The notes beneath the pieces are model-generated. The model worked only from the letters and a program-made list of their open reading frames with translations. It had not been told where the DNA came from and did no database searches. Positions 1 to 8,149 of a stretch of DNA of 64,000 bases are shown in pieces. The stretch comes from Clostridia bacterium (lineage in GTDB: Bacteria; Bacillota; Clostridia; Oscillospirales; CAG-272): contig JAFQDF010000037.1 in NCBI GenBank assembly GCA_017416185.1, positions 1-64,000 of the forward strand, given 5' to 3'. How positions within the stretch are numbered: position 1 is the first letter of the stretch; every line of letters starts with the position of its first letter. Both the position numbers and the translations under genes were made by a program.

Positions 1-588
1 GTCAGCAGCCTTGGTATAGATACCTCCGCCTACACGGCAGAAGAGCGCTACAGAGCTTGCTCCCAGAGAGAAGCCGGTCAGAAGCTGATTGACTATATCT
101 GCTTCAACGTTAGGATCGATAAGACGCATTATATATGATACGAGAGCCACACCGAAGGCACCTATGGATACAACTAAAATGCCCATTACGGCACCGCCCG
201 AAAAGGCAATTTTAAATGCAGCACCCAAACCTTTTTTTGCAGACTCAGCGGTTCTTACGTTTGATATAACTGCCGTACGCATACCCATATATCCCGCAGC
301 ACAGGAAAGAACTGCACCCAACAGGAAGGCCGCCGCAACGTCAAAGCCCAGACCCGGAGTAAAGCCGAGAATTGCAACCATAAAAACGAGAAATACTGCC
401 AATATCCTGTATTGACGGTACAGATACGCCATAGCACCGCCCTTGATATATGACGATATCTCGTTCATCCTCGGGTCCTCTATCCTGACCTTCTTTATGC
501 CCTTAACCAAAAGCATCGAAAGCACTACTCCCAAGGCACATAGGATAATTACGCTTAAATCTGCATTTAACTTCAAGAAATCAAACAT
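1..588 (-). CDS. hppA: Membrane-bound H+-translocating pyrophosphatase, N-terminal part; the gene continues past the window start
   Basis: Reverse-strand translation from ATG at 586-588, with a GGAGG RBS upstream, gives MFDFLKLNADLSVIILCALGVV...MAYLYRQYRILAVFLV...CRVGGGIYTKAAD. This is multi-TM with the GGG-IYTKAAD motif typical of V-type PPases. The plus-strand ORF 89-415 is antisense noise. Confidence 0.8.
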   Translation of the reverse strand, partial: MFDFLKLNADLSVIILCALGVVLSMLLVKGIKKVRIEDPRMNEISSYIKGGAMAYLYRQYRILAVFLVFMVAILGFTPGLGFDVAAAFLLGAVLSCAAGYMGMRTAVISNVRTAESAKKGLGAAFKIAFSGGAVMGILVVSIGAFGVALVSYIMRLIDPNVEADIVNQLLTGFSLGASSVALFCRVGGGIYTKAAD

Positions 589-610
589 AAATACCTCCGA
601 TTAGTGTCGA

Positions 611-626
611 GTGTTAATATTAACAC
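611..626. promoter_or_regulatory. Perfect 16-bp palindrome GTGTTAATATTAACAC, with a partial repeat (GTTAATATTATAAC) just downstream. It is a candidate operator in the hppA/plsY intergenic region.
   Basis: Read directly from the sequence. It lies 23 bp upstream of the hppA start codon on the minus strand. Confidence 0.35.
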
Positions 627-709
627 TTATAATGTTAATATTATAACAGAGACGATGCTGATTGTCAACATTTTATTAATAAATCAACCGGAATCTGTTA
701 GATGTTTCT

Positions 710-1345
710 TTACTCTTTAGATACATTCTTCTCGAGTCTTGCTTTTTCATCCTTATTCCATAAGAAGCTGAAGCGCGCTTCCGTACCCTTTTTGATGCGG
801 CGCAGATTTTCAATATGCTTAAATATAATAACTAAAGAAATCAACAGAAGTATGACGGTTCCTATGATATCCTTAGTCATAATTCCGTATATCACCGCGA
901 ACACAGGAGACGCGCTCATAGGCACAAAGCAGATATAATCTACTATCAGTACCATAATAAGCTCGGAGATAAGTAACACTACGAACACACGCCAATCGAA
1001 AGCAAGTACCATTCCTCCAAGGCAGGCAAGTCCCTTGCCGCCGCGGAATTTCATATAGAAGGGGAAAATATGGCCTAAAATGCAGGCAGAACCTGTAATC
1101 ACAAAGGACAGAGCAAATTCGGCAAACAGCACCGCGGTCAGTTTTATCGCCAAATATGCCTTAAAAATATCAAGCAACGCACATACGATCCCCGTTATCT
1201 TCCCGAACAGGATAAGGGCGTTTGAAGCCCCTGCATTGCCCGATCCCTTTTTCTTGATATCAACACCCTTTATCCTTCCGAGCAGATATGAAGGATTAAA
1301 ACAACCGATAAGATAACCTATAAGAGTACAGTATAAGTATTCCAT
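710..1345 (-). CDS. plsY: Glycerol-3-phosphate acyltransferase PlsY (acyl-phosphate dependent)
   Basis: 211 aa and multi-TM, with the GSGNAGASN motif matching the PlsY signature GSGN-GATN. Confidence 0.8.
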   Translation of the reverse strand: MEYLYCTLIGYLIGCFNPSYLLGRIKGVDIKKKGSGNAGASNALILFGKITGIVCALLDIFKAYLAIKLTAVLFAEFALSFVITGSACILGHIFPFYMKFRGGKGLACLGGMVLAFDWRVFVVLLISELIMVLIVDYICFVPMSASPVFAVIYGIMTKDIIGTVILLLISLVIIFKHIENLRRIKKGTEARFSFLWNKDEKARLEKNVSKE

Positions 1346-1442
1346 ATTAACACCTTCTCAAATGAATATAAATTGCCATTATATGTATATTATACCCGTA
1401 ATTATAAACTGAAAATAAACGAAACGCCGTTAACCGACAGCC

Positions 1443-1470
1443 TTGACTTTTAGAAAAGTTGTTATATAAT
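1443..1470 (+). promoter_or_regulatory. Sigma-A type promoter (TTGACT, 16-nt spacer, TATAAT) for the two-component operon
   Basis: Hexamers read from the sequence, about 50 nt upstream of the response-regulator start at 1521. Confidence 0.45.
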
Positions 1471-1520
1471 GTTTATATTGGGTTTATCTGAAAATGTCAT
1501 AATAGGTCGAGGTGATATAA

Positions 1521-2204
1521 ATGTTCCATATACTTGTAGTAGATGATGACAAGCATACCCGTATGCTGCTTCAGGCTGTACTTGAAGCGGAAAATTATAC
1601 CGTTTTTACCGCAGAAAACGGAGCGCAAGCCCTTATGATCACAGACAAGGAGCATATAGACCTTGTGGTGCTGGATATAATGATGCCCGAGATGGACGGA
1701 TATGAGTTTACCCGTACCCTCCGTGCAACTGACGACAATCTGCCTATATTGATGGTCTCGGCAAAGCAGCTGCCCGAGGATAAGAAAAAAGGTTTTCTTG
1801 TGGGTACGGACGACTATATGACCAAGCCCATAGACGAGGAAGAGATGCTATGGCGTATCAAAGCACTTTTACGCCGCGCACGTATAGCAAGCGAACAGAG
1901 GATAACGGTGGGAGATATAGTTCTTGATTATAAGTCCTTGACGGTGACTAAAGGTGATACGGTCATAGAGCTTCCTCAAAAAGAATTTTTACTGTTATAC
2001 AAATTATTATCCTATCCCGGACAGATATTCACACGTATACAGCTTATGGATGAGATATGGGGACAGGACAGCGAAACGGGCTGGGAAACGGTGACGGTAC
2101 ATATAGGCAGACTCCGTAAGAGATTTGAAAACTGGAATGAATTTGAAATTCAATCTGTAAGAGGATTAGGTTATAAGGCGGTAAAGTATGAACAAAAAGC
2201 ATAA
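1521..2204 (+). CDS. OmpR-family response regulator (receiver domain plus winged-helix DNA-binding domain)
   Basis: MFHILVVDDDKHTRMLL...DLVVLDIMMPEMDGYEF, with a C-terminal trans_reg_C-like region (RLRKRF...GLGYK). Confidence 0.9.
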   Translation: MFHILVVDDDKHTRMLLQAVLEAENYTVFTAENGAQALMITDKEHIDLVVLDIMMPEMDGYEFTRTLRATDDNLPILMVSAKQLPEDKKKGFLVGTDDYMTKPIDEEEMLWRIKALLRRARIASEQRITVGDIVLDYKSLTVTKGDTVIELPQKEFLLLYKLLSYPGQIFTRIQLMDEIWGQDSETGWETVTVHIGRLRKRFENWNEFEIQSVRGLGYKAVKYEQKA

Positions 2205-3231
2205 AGGGCGTCTGAGACTCAGCCTTTTGATATCGGTGTTTGTATTCTGCATCATAGTTGTTGCTGTGGTCGTTGCCTTTGGTTTGGTAAACCTGTTGGC
2301 TTACACCGGCATAATAATTTCTATAAATGAAGAAACAGACCCCGTTACGCTGTTTATATTTATGGGTATCGTCAGCCTGATAGTAGGTTTAGGTGCATCT
2401 CTTGCGGCAGGTAAAATTCCCATAAAACCGATGTACCGTCTGATAGATCAGATCGACAGGCTGGCATCGGGAGATTTTAAGGTCAGATTAAAGCCGAGTA
2501 ATGCCCTCAGTTCTCATCCTGCAGTGGAGAAGGCAGTGGACAGCTTTAACCGTATGGCTGAACAGCTTGAAAATACACAAATGCTGCGTCAGGATTTTAT
2601 CAACAACTTCTCCCACGAGTTCAAAACACCTATCGTTTCTATAGCAGGCTTCGCAAAGCTTTTAAAAAAGGGAAATCTGTCTGATGAACAGAAAAACGAA
2701 TATCTCGATATAATAGAAAGCGAATCGCTGAGACTTTCTGCTATGGCGACAAACGTACTCAACCTTACCAAGGTGGAAAATCAGACTATACTTACCGATA
2801 TCACCGAATATAACCTTTCCGAACAGCTGCGCAACTCTATTCTGTTGCTTGAATCAAAATGGGCTGACAGAGACATCGAATTTGATCTTGGCTTTGACGA
2901 GCATTATATAAAAGCCAACAAGGAGCTGCTAAGGGAGGTATGGATAAATCTGCTTGACAACGCCATAAAGCATACCGACGGTTATATCGCAGTAAGGGTC
3001 ACCGAAGATGATAAGCTGACTATAGAGGTGGAAAACACGGGAAGCTCTATCCCGAAGGATAAGCAAACGCGCATATTTGATAAGTTTTATCAGTCGGACG
3101 AATCCCATTCCTCCGAGGGTAACGGCATAGGCCTTGCCCTTGCAAAGCGTATAGTTGAGCTGCACAAGGGAAGCATCGGCGTTAAAAGTGAAGAAAATCG
3201 GGTTACCTTCAAAGTCAAGTTGCCGAAGTAG
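2188..3231 (+). CDS. Sensor histidine kinase (two TM helices, HAMP, HisKA, HATPase_c)
   Basis: Two N-terminal TM segments, H-box FSHEFKTPI, and a C-terminal ATPase G-box (GNGIGLALAKRIVELHKG). It overlaps the response-regulator gene by 17 nt. Confidence 0.9.
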   Translation: MNKKHKGRLRLSLLISVFVFCIIVVAVVVAFGLVNLLAYTGIIISINEETDPVTLFIFMGIVSLIVGLGASLAAGKIPIKPMYRLIDQIDRLASGDFKVRLKPSNALSSHPAVEKAVDSFNRMAEQLENTQMLRQDFINNFSHEFKTPIVSIAGFAKLLKKGNLSDEQKNEYLDIIESESLRLSAMATNVLNLTKVENQTILTDITEYNLSEQLRNSILLLESKWADRDIEFDLGFDEHYIKANKELLREVWINLLDNAIKHTDGYIAVRVTEDDKLTIEVENTGSSIPKDKQTRIFDKFYQSDESHSSEGNGIGLALAKRIVELHKGSIGVKSEENRVTFKVKLPK

Positions 3232-3284
3232 AATTTTGCAAAACAATGTCGAAAAGTTTCTTTTTAGTTTAGAATATGGGTATA

Positions 3285-3314
3285 AACTCCCTTTTACGGA
3301 AGGGAGTTTTTGTT
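3285..3314 (+). terminator. Intrinsic terminator-like hairpin (AACTCCCTT-TTACGG-AAGGGAGTT plus TTTGTT) whose 3' arm is the degV Shine-Dalgarno sequence
   Basis: 9-bp stem followed by a T-run, ending 1 nt before the degV ATG at 3315. Confidence 0.5.
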
Positions 3315-4208
3315 ATGAACAAAGTTAAGATAATCACCGATTCCTGTTCGGATCTGTCAGAAGAGCTCTTGGCAAAATATGATATCGACTATTGCCGTAT
3401 GGCTACTTTTCTTGACGGAGTTGAGTCCCCTGCTCTGTTGAGCTGGAGTCAGAATGATGCTCACGAGCTGTACGAAACTATCCGATCGGGTAAGCGGGTA
3501 ACGACCTCACAGGTTCCCACCGAGGAATTTAAAAATGTTTTTACCAAGTATCTTGATTCAGGGTATGACGTAGTATATATCGGATGCTCCTCTAAACAGT
3601 CAGGCTCTGTAAACACAGGTAATCTGATCGCACAAAAGCTTATAAAGGAATATCCCGATGCACGTATACATTGCATTGATTCCTTAAACGCATCCCTCGG
3701 TGAGGGTATGCTTGCCATAGAAGCCGCAAGGCTGGCAAAAGAAGGCTTTGATGCCGACGAAATATGCGAGCGTATCACCGCAATATGCAACAACGTCCGT
3801 CAGTACGTAACCGTACATACCCTCGATCATCTCAAAAAGGCAGGCAGGGTATCGGCATCCTCGGCTTTCTTCGGTAATCTTATGGGAGTGAAACCGATAA
3901 TCACCTCTGACAAAAACGGTGTTCAGATACCCGTAAAGAAAGTCAAGGGCAGAAAAAACTCGTTTACCGAAATTGTAAAGCTGCTCAGAGAGGTAATACG
4001 CGAGCCTGAAAAACAAACGGTATACATAGCCCACGCTGACTGTCAAAAGGAAGAGGTCGAATACCTTAAAGAGCTTATTAAAAGTGAGATAAACTGCAAA
4101 GATATATACGTGGGGATCATAGGCCCCATCATAGGTGCATCCATAGGACCTGATGCCGTCGGAATATGGGGCTACGGTGAAGAGATAGATTTTGAGGGTG
4201 AACAATGA
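3315..4208 (+). CDS. DegV family fatty-acid-binding protein (FakB-like)
   Basis: MNKVKIITDSCSDL... has a typical DegV N-terminus. The ATG at 3315 has a GGAAGGGAG RBS at 8-nt spacing. The ORF-track start at 3276 lacks an RBS and would place the hairpin inside the CDS. Confidence 0.85.
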   Translation: MNKVKIITDSCSDLSEELLAKYDIDYCRMATFLDGVESPALLSWSQNDAHELYETIRSGKRVTTSQVPTEEFKNVFTKYLDSGYDVVYIGCSSKQSGSVNTGNLIAQKLIKEYPDARIHCIDSLNASLGEGMLAIEAARLAKEGFDADEICERITAICNNVRQYVTVHTLDHLKKAGRVSASSAFFGNLMGVKPIITSDKNGVQIPVKKVKGRKNSFTEIVKLLREVIREPEKQTVYIAHADCQKEEVEYLKELIKSEINCKDIYVGIIGPIIGASIGPDAVGIWGYGEEIDFEGEQ

Positions 4209-4825
4209 TAAAGGTATTATTATATGTTTCAGCCGCTTTATGCGCGTATCTTGTGTGCGGTATAAACCCTGCTATACTGATCTCAAAAAGAGTTTATCAT
4301 ACCGATATCCGAACCCTCGGCAGCGGCAATGCGGGCTTTACTAACTTCAAGCGCAGCATCGGCGGTATCTATAGTTGGGTGGTGCTGTTGTTCGATCTTT
4401 CAAAGGCGGCAGTTATAACGGCTATATTTGCAAGGCTATTTGAAATACATATCGGCAGCTATGACCTTGGGGCAATATATACCTGCTTCTTTGCAATGCT
4501 GGGACACTGTTTTCCCTGTTGGTACCGCTTCAAAGGAGGCAAAGGCTTTTTGGTATATATATCGGTAATATGGTTCGTTGACCCGCGTGCGGGAGCCGTA
4601 GCTCTTATTATAATGCTGTTACTGCTTATAACTACCCGTTATATGTCCCTGTCAACCGTTACGGCTATGCTCTCCTGCCCTATTACTCTGGCACTTATAA
4701 ACGCCGAAGCTCGGGTCATCGTCATATGTACACTATGCTCTCTTCTTATGACTGTAAGGCATAAGGATAATTTTGTAAGACTTATCAAGGGTACGGAAAA
4801 AAAGGTATCTCTCATTGATAAATAA
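4205..4825 (+). CDS. plsY: Second PlsY-family glycerol-3-phosphate acyltransferase paralog, translationally coupled to degV
   Basis: GSGNAGFTN motif and multi-TM. Its start overlaps the degV stop (ATGA). Confidence 0.75.
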   Translation: MIKVLLYVSAALCAYLVCGINPAILISKRVYHTDIRTLGSGNAGFTNFKRSIGGIYSWVVLLFDLSKAAVITAIFARLFEIHIGSYDLGAIYTCFFAMLGHCFPCWYRFKGGKGFLVYISVIWFVDPRAGAVALIIMLLLLITTRYMSLSTVTAMLSCPITLALINAEARVIVICTLCSLLMTVRHKDNFVRLIKGTEKKVSLIDK

Positions 4826-4830
4826 CTATA

Positions 4831-4858
4831 AAAGGACTTCCTTTTTCGAAGTCCTTTT
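4831..4858. terminator. Bidirectional intrinsic terminator (AAAGGACTTC...GAAGTCCTTTTT) between plsY-2 (+) and niaR (-)
   Basis: 10-bp stem with T-runs on both sides. Confidence 0.7.
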
Positions 4859-5370
4859 TATATTTCAGGTGCTATATATCCCTTTTCGGTAAGGGCGTTT
4901 TCAATATTATCAAGCGTTTGCCTGCTGTCTGCGGAAACTGTATGGTAGTGATATCCTCCGGTTATATTCATAAGCTCGGTGGATTTTCCGCTTCGTACAC
5001 CCTCCATAAAATTCTCTATGTCTTCTCTTGAGGCAATACTCAGAGGTGCTTCTATACGCCCATATACCTTATGCCATACGTAGACGTTCTCTACCCTGCC
5101 GCCGAAGGATACGATAACGGAAAGCTCATCCTCGGTCTGCTCCTTGGTATGGCGGAGCTTAAAGGTCTTTTTAACAAGCTCACTCACAGGCAAAAGATAT
5201 CCGCTATGGGTGGATCGTATATCATACCCCTCTGCCTTGAGAGCGGAAATATCGCTGACTACGATCTGACGCGAAACACCGAATTTATCGGCTAAAGCCG
5301 TGCCGTTAACAGCAGCTTCGCTTCCTCTCAAAGTGTCGATTATCGCTTTTCTTCTCTCGTCTGCTTTCAT
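4858..5370 (-). CDS. niaR: NiaR/YrxA-like transcriptional regulator (HTH_11 plus 3H domain)
   Basis: 170 aa with an N-terminal HTH (GTALADKFGVSRQIVVSDISAL) and a C-terminal His-rich 3H-like region (GGYHYHTV). Confidence 0.65.
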   Translation of the reverse strand: MKADERRKAIIDTLRGSEAAVNGTALADKFGVSRQIVVSDISALKAEGYDIRSTHSGYLLPVSELVKKTFKLRHTKEQTEDELSVIVSFGGRVENVYVWHKVYGRIEAPLSIASREDIENFMEGVRSGKSTELMNITGGYHYHTVSADSRQTLDNIENALTEKGYIAPEI

Positions 5371-5431
5371 TTCATCACCCCTTGTAATACTTTACCATAT
5401 TACAACGATAAAGTCAAGTGAATATAGGATA

Positions 5432-5460
5432 TTGCAAAATTTTGTCATATATTGTATAAT
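5432..5460 (+). promoter_or_regulatory. Sigma-A promoter (TTGCAA, 17-nt spacer, TATAAT) upstream of the WYL gene pair
   Basis: Hexamers read from the sequence, 60 nt upstream of the start codon. Confidence 0.45.
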
Positions 5461-5519
5461 AAGTACGGTTTTTGGGACAGTTGATTTTTATAATTAAATA
5501 TAACGAAAGGAGAATGGCT

Positions 5520-6770
5520 ATGGCATACAGCGAGCTTATAAAGAATTTTGAGAATATCCGTGATTATATGCGTGAGTTTTACGTTTACGGCTTCAAGAGC
5601 AGAAACGACTATACCGAAAAGAGCTCACGCTCATACGACGATGAGCGTCGGCGTATGGAAAGCTGGCTTGGGGAGCATATGAGCTTCGTACGTACTCCCG
5701 AGGGTAAAAACGTCTTTATATCTATTGACAGCCGTGTCACGGGACACAATCCGCTCTACAAGGCACTCAAGGCTAAAAGCTTTACCGACAAGGATATCAC
5801 CCTGCATTTTATACTTTTTGACCTACTTCATTCTCCCGAGATATCTCTTTCCCTTTCAGAAATAGTTAAGAATATAGACCGCCGTCTGTCCGAATTTGAC
5901 GAGCCTATGATATTTGACGAATCCACCGTCAGAAAAAAGCTGAAGGAATATACAGAGCAAGGACTGATAGTCACAGAAAAGGACGGCAGAAAAATACTAT
6001 ACAGACGCTCCCCTTCCGTTATGCCTATGGGAATAAGCGATGCTCTGCATTTCTTTTCCGAGGCTGCTCCCGTAGGTACAGTCGGCTCATTTCTGCTCGA
6101 CAAGCAGGGAGAGCATAGGGACAATTTCGGTTTTAAGCATCATTATATCACAAGCGCCCTTGACAGTGACGTTACCGCCAAGCTCTTTATGGCAATGCAC
6201 AAAAAGGCTATCGTATCCGTCTCAAATCATTCACGGTTTGCCCCTACCCCCACGATAAAAAGAATAATTCCCCTTCGTATTTTTATGAGTGTTCAGAACG
6301 GCAGACATCATCTGCTGGCATACGAGGCGGAGTATAATTCTATCAAGGCATTCCGTATTGATTATCTGTCTGACATAAAGATAGAGGAAACTACTCCCCG
6401 CTTTGACGAGCTGAGGGCAGCACTTGATACTATACAGACAAAAATGTGGGGAGTTACGGTAAGAAAGGGACTCTCTGTAGATCAAAATACGGAAAGAGTA
6501 GAGTTTACGGTACGCGTAGAGGATGACGAGGAGCATATAATAAGAAGGCTGCTTCGTGAAAAGCGTATAGGCCGTATAGAAAGACTTGATAAAAATAACT
6601 ACCGCTTTACTGCCGATGTTTACGACATAAGCGAAATGATCCCTTGGATACGTACCTTTATCTGCCGTATAACGAGTCTTGATTTTTCAAACAAGGTCCT
6701 TGAAAAGCAATTTCGGTCAGACATAAAAGAAATGTACCGTATCTACGGTATAGAGGAGGCGGAAATATGA
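5520..6770 (+). CDS. WYL-domain protein 1 (putative wHTH, WYL and C-terminal extension domains)
   Basis: The WYL-like core HHLLAYEAEYNSIKAFRIDYLSDIKIEE, a preceding winged-helix-like segment (DESTVRKKLKEYTEQGLIVTEKDGRKILYRR), and an unknown N-terminal ~120 aa. The ATG at 5520 has an AAAGGAG RBS at 7-nt spacing; the ORF-track start at 5472 is TTG. Confidence 0.6.
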   Translation: MAYSELIKNFENIRDYMREFYVYGFKSRNDYTEKSSRSYDDERRRMESWLGEHMSFVRTPEGKNVFISIDSRVTGHNPLYKALKAKSFTDKDITLHFILFDLLHSPEISLSLSEIVKNIDRRLSEFDEPMIFDESTVRKKLKEYTEQGLIVTEKDGRKILYRRSPSVMPMGISDALHFFSEAAPVGTVGSFLLDKQGEHRDNFGFKHHYITSALDSDVTAKLFMAMHKKAIVSVSNHSRFAPTPTIKRIIPLRIFMSVQNGRHHLLAYEAEYNSIKAFRIDYLSDIKIEETTPRFDELRAALDTIQTKMWGVTVRKGLSVDQNTERVEFTVRVEDDEEHIIRRLLREKRIGRIERLDKNNYRFTADVYDISEMIPWIRTFICRITSLDFSNKVLEKQFRSDIKEMYRIYGIEEAEI

Positions 6771-7678
6771 TATTCAATGAAATATATTCTGCATACTTTA
6801 ATGCCGTAGCCGATATTTTAGCAAAACTTACCGAAGGTGATACCGAGGGCTGTGACCTGTCTGCCATAGTATCAGAACACGCCTTCGGAGAAAGCGCTCT
6901 AACCATCCTCCCCGCCCTTAAAAGCGGTAAATGGCAGTTGGTTCATCCCGATATGACCACCCATATTGCACACAGACCTTCAATGCCCCTGACCGATATA
7001 CAGAAAAGATGGCTTAAAGCCATATCCCTTGACCCGAGAATAGCTCTGTTTGATATATACTTTGAGGGCCTTGAGGACACCGAACCGCTGTTCACCGCCG
7101 AGGATTACGTAATATACGATAAATATTCGGACGGAGACCCCTTTACCGATGAAAGGTATATTTCTCATTTTCGTACTATATTGACAGCCCTGAATCAGGG
7201 ACATAATCTGAAGCTGGAAATATTAAACCGGCGTGGTGAGAGGGTCTATATAAGATGTATCCCCGAAAGGCTGGAATATTCAGAAAAGGACGATAAATTC
7301 CGTCTTGTTACAAGCGGATGCGGCTTTGTCCGTGCCGTCAACCTTGCCCGTATACAGAAATGCAAAATATATTACGGTGACGATATCATACGCTCAAAGG
7401 GGGATGAAAGAAAATGCGACACCCTGCGTCTGAAGATAACGGACGAGCGCAACACTCTTGAAAGATGCCTTATGCATTTTGCACATCTTGAAAAGAACGT
7501 TGAGAGGATAAGCGAAAAGGAGTACATACTCAATATGAGCTACGACATGGCCGATACCCCCGAGATGGTAATACGTGTGCTTTCCTTCGGCCCAACCGTT
7601 GAGGTGATATCACCCGAAAGCTTTAAGGAATTAATAAAAAATAAGTTAAAAGATCAAAAAAGATGCGGATTTTTTTAA
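6767..7678 (+). CDS. WYL-domain protein 2, translationally coupled (ATGA overlap) to WYL protein 1
   Basis: WYL-like segment ERVYIRCIPERLEYSEKDDKFRLVTSGCGFVRAVNLARIQKCKIYY. It is 303 aa with no obvious HTH. Confidence 0.55.
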   Translation: MIFNEIYSAYFNAVADILAKLTEGDTEGCDLSAIVSEHAFGESALTILPALKSGKWQLVHPDMTTHIAHRPSMPLTDIQKRWLKAISLDPRIALFDIYFEGLEDTEPLFTAEDYVIYDKYSDGDPFTDERYISHFRTILTALNQGHNLKLEILNRRGERVYIRCIPERLEYSEKDDKFRLVTSGCGFVRAVNLARIQKCKIYYGDDIIRSKGDERKCDTLRLKITDERNTLERCLMHFAHLEKNVERISEKEYILNMSYDMADTPEMVIRVLSFGPTVEVISPESFKELIKNKLKDQKRCGFF

Positions 7679-7695
7679 GTTCGCATCTTTTTTTC
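7661..7695 (+). terminator. Intrinsic terminator (AGATGCG...CGCATCT plus a T7 run) overlapping the stop codon of WYL protein 2
   Basis: 7-bp stem with a large loop containing the TAA stop, followed by TTTTTTT. Confidence 0.5.
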
Positions 7696-7787
7696 CGTGA
7701 AAAAAACGGTATAACTTAGTAAAATATACTTGCAAGCCGATAAAGTCAGGTATATGAAATTACTACGGTACATAAGGCTATGCCGAA

Positions 7788-7895
7788 ATGTATGCCGTAT
7801 GCTTGCGGCAAATTTGATTGAGTCTTGAAAACTCATAGCAAATTTTAAGGACCTTTCAGGTCCATCTATCGCAGGTTCGAATCCTGCCGTATGTT
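7788..7895 (+). ncRNA. tRNA-like element. It has a canonical T-arm (GCAGG-TTCGAAT-CCTGC), an upstream stem-loop (GGACC-TTTCA-GGTCC), an anticodon-like hairpin (TGAGT-CTTGAAA-ACTCA) and a weak 7-bp acceptor-like pairing (ATGTATG/CGTATGT). This is a non-canonical cloverleaf, possibly a Y-RNA-like or tRNA-mimic RNA, or a tRNA remnant.
   Basis: Folded by hand. The GGTTCGAATCC T-loop lies on the + strand in a 470-nt gap free of plausible CDS between the WYL genes and the SPFH/rtcB pair. There are three G-U pairs in the acceptor, no D-arm and a 13-nt insertion, so it is not a standard tRNA. Confidence 0.3.
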
Positions 7896-8149
7896 GTGAA
7901 ACATATCGCCGGTGGATTGGTATTTTGATGTCGTGCAAAAAAGCACTCTACCCTGATGCAATTACTCTGCCGAAATAAGGTTTACCTTGTCTAAGCAATA
8001 TGTAAATGGCCTTGTCCGAAAACGGATACCGTTGTTCAAATATAAAAGCCAAAATTATTTCCGTTTTTATATGCGTCTGCTTAAGTTTTTGGCCGTCATA
8101 AGCATATGAGTAATTGCAAACGTATATTAACCGTAAAGGAGTATATATA

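Noticed and set aside
89-415. 108-aa plus-strand ORF at the window start
   Set aside because: It is antisense to the well-supported pyrophosphatase N-terminus.
3276-3314. Upstream ATG start for degV at 3276 (the ORF-track start)
   Set aside because: It has no Shine-Dalgarno sequence and would place a strong terminator-like hairpin inside the coding sequence. The ATG at 3315 has a GGAAGGGAG RBS and gives a canonical DegV N-terminus.
5071-5497. Small plus-strand ORFs inside or opposite the niaR-like gene
   Set aside because: They overlap a better-supported minus-strand regulator gene.
7788-7895. A canonical tRNA gene, perhaps tRNA-Ser(TGA) or another long-variable-arm type
   Set aside because: The T-arm is perfect, but no D-arm can be formed. 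13 nt separate the anticodon-like hairpin from the next stem and 7 nt separate that stem from the T-arm. The acceptor pairing needs three G-U pairs and there is no CCA. It is kept only as a tRNA-like element.
7675-7938. 87-aa minus-strand ORF overlapping the tRNA-like element
   Set aside because: No RBS, antisense to the structured RNA candidate, and an odd composition. It is more likely non-coding.
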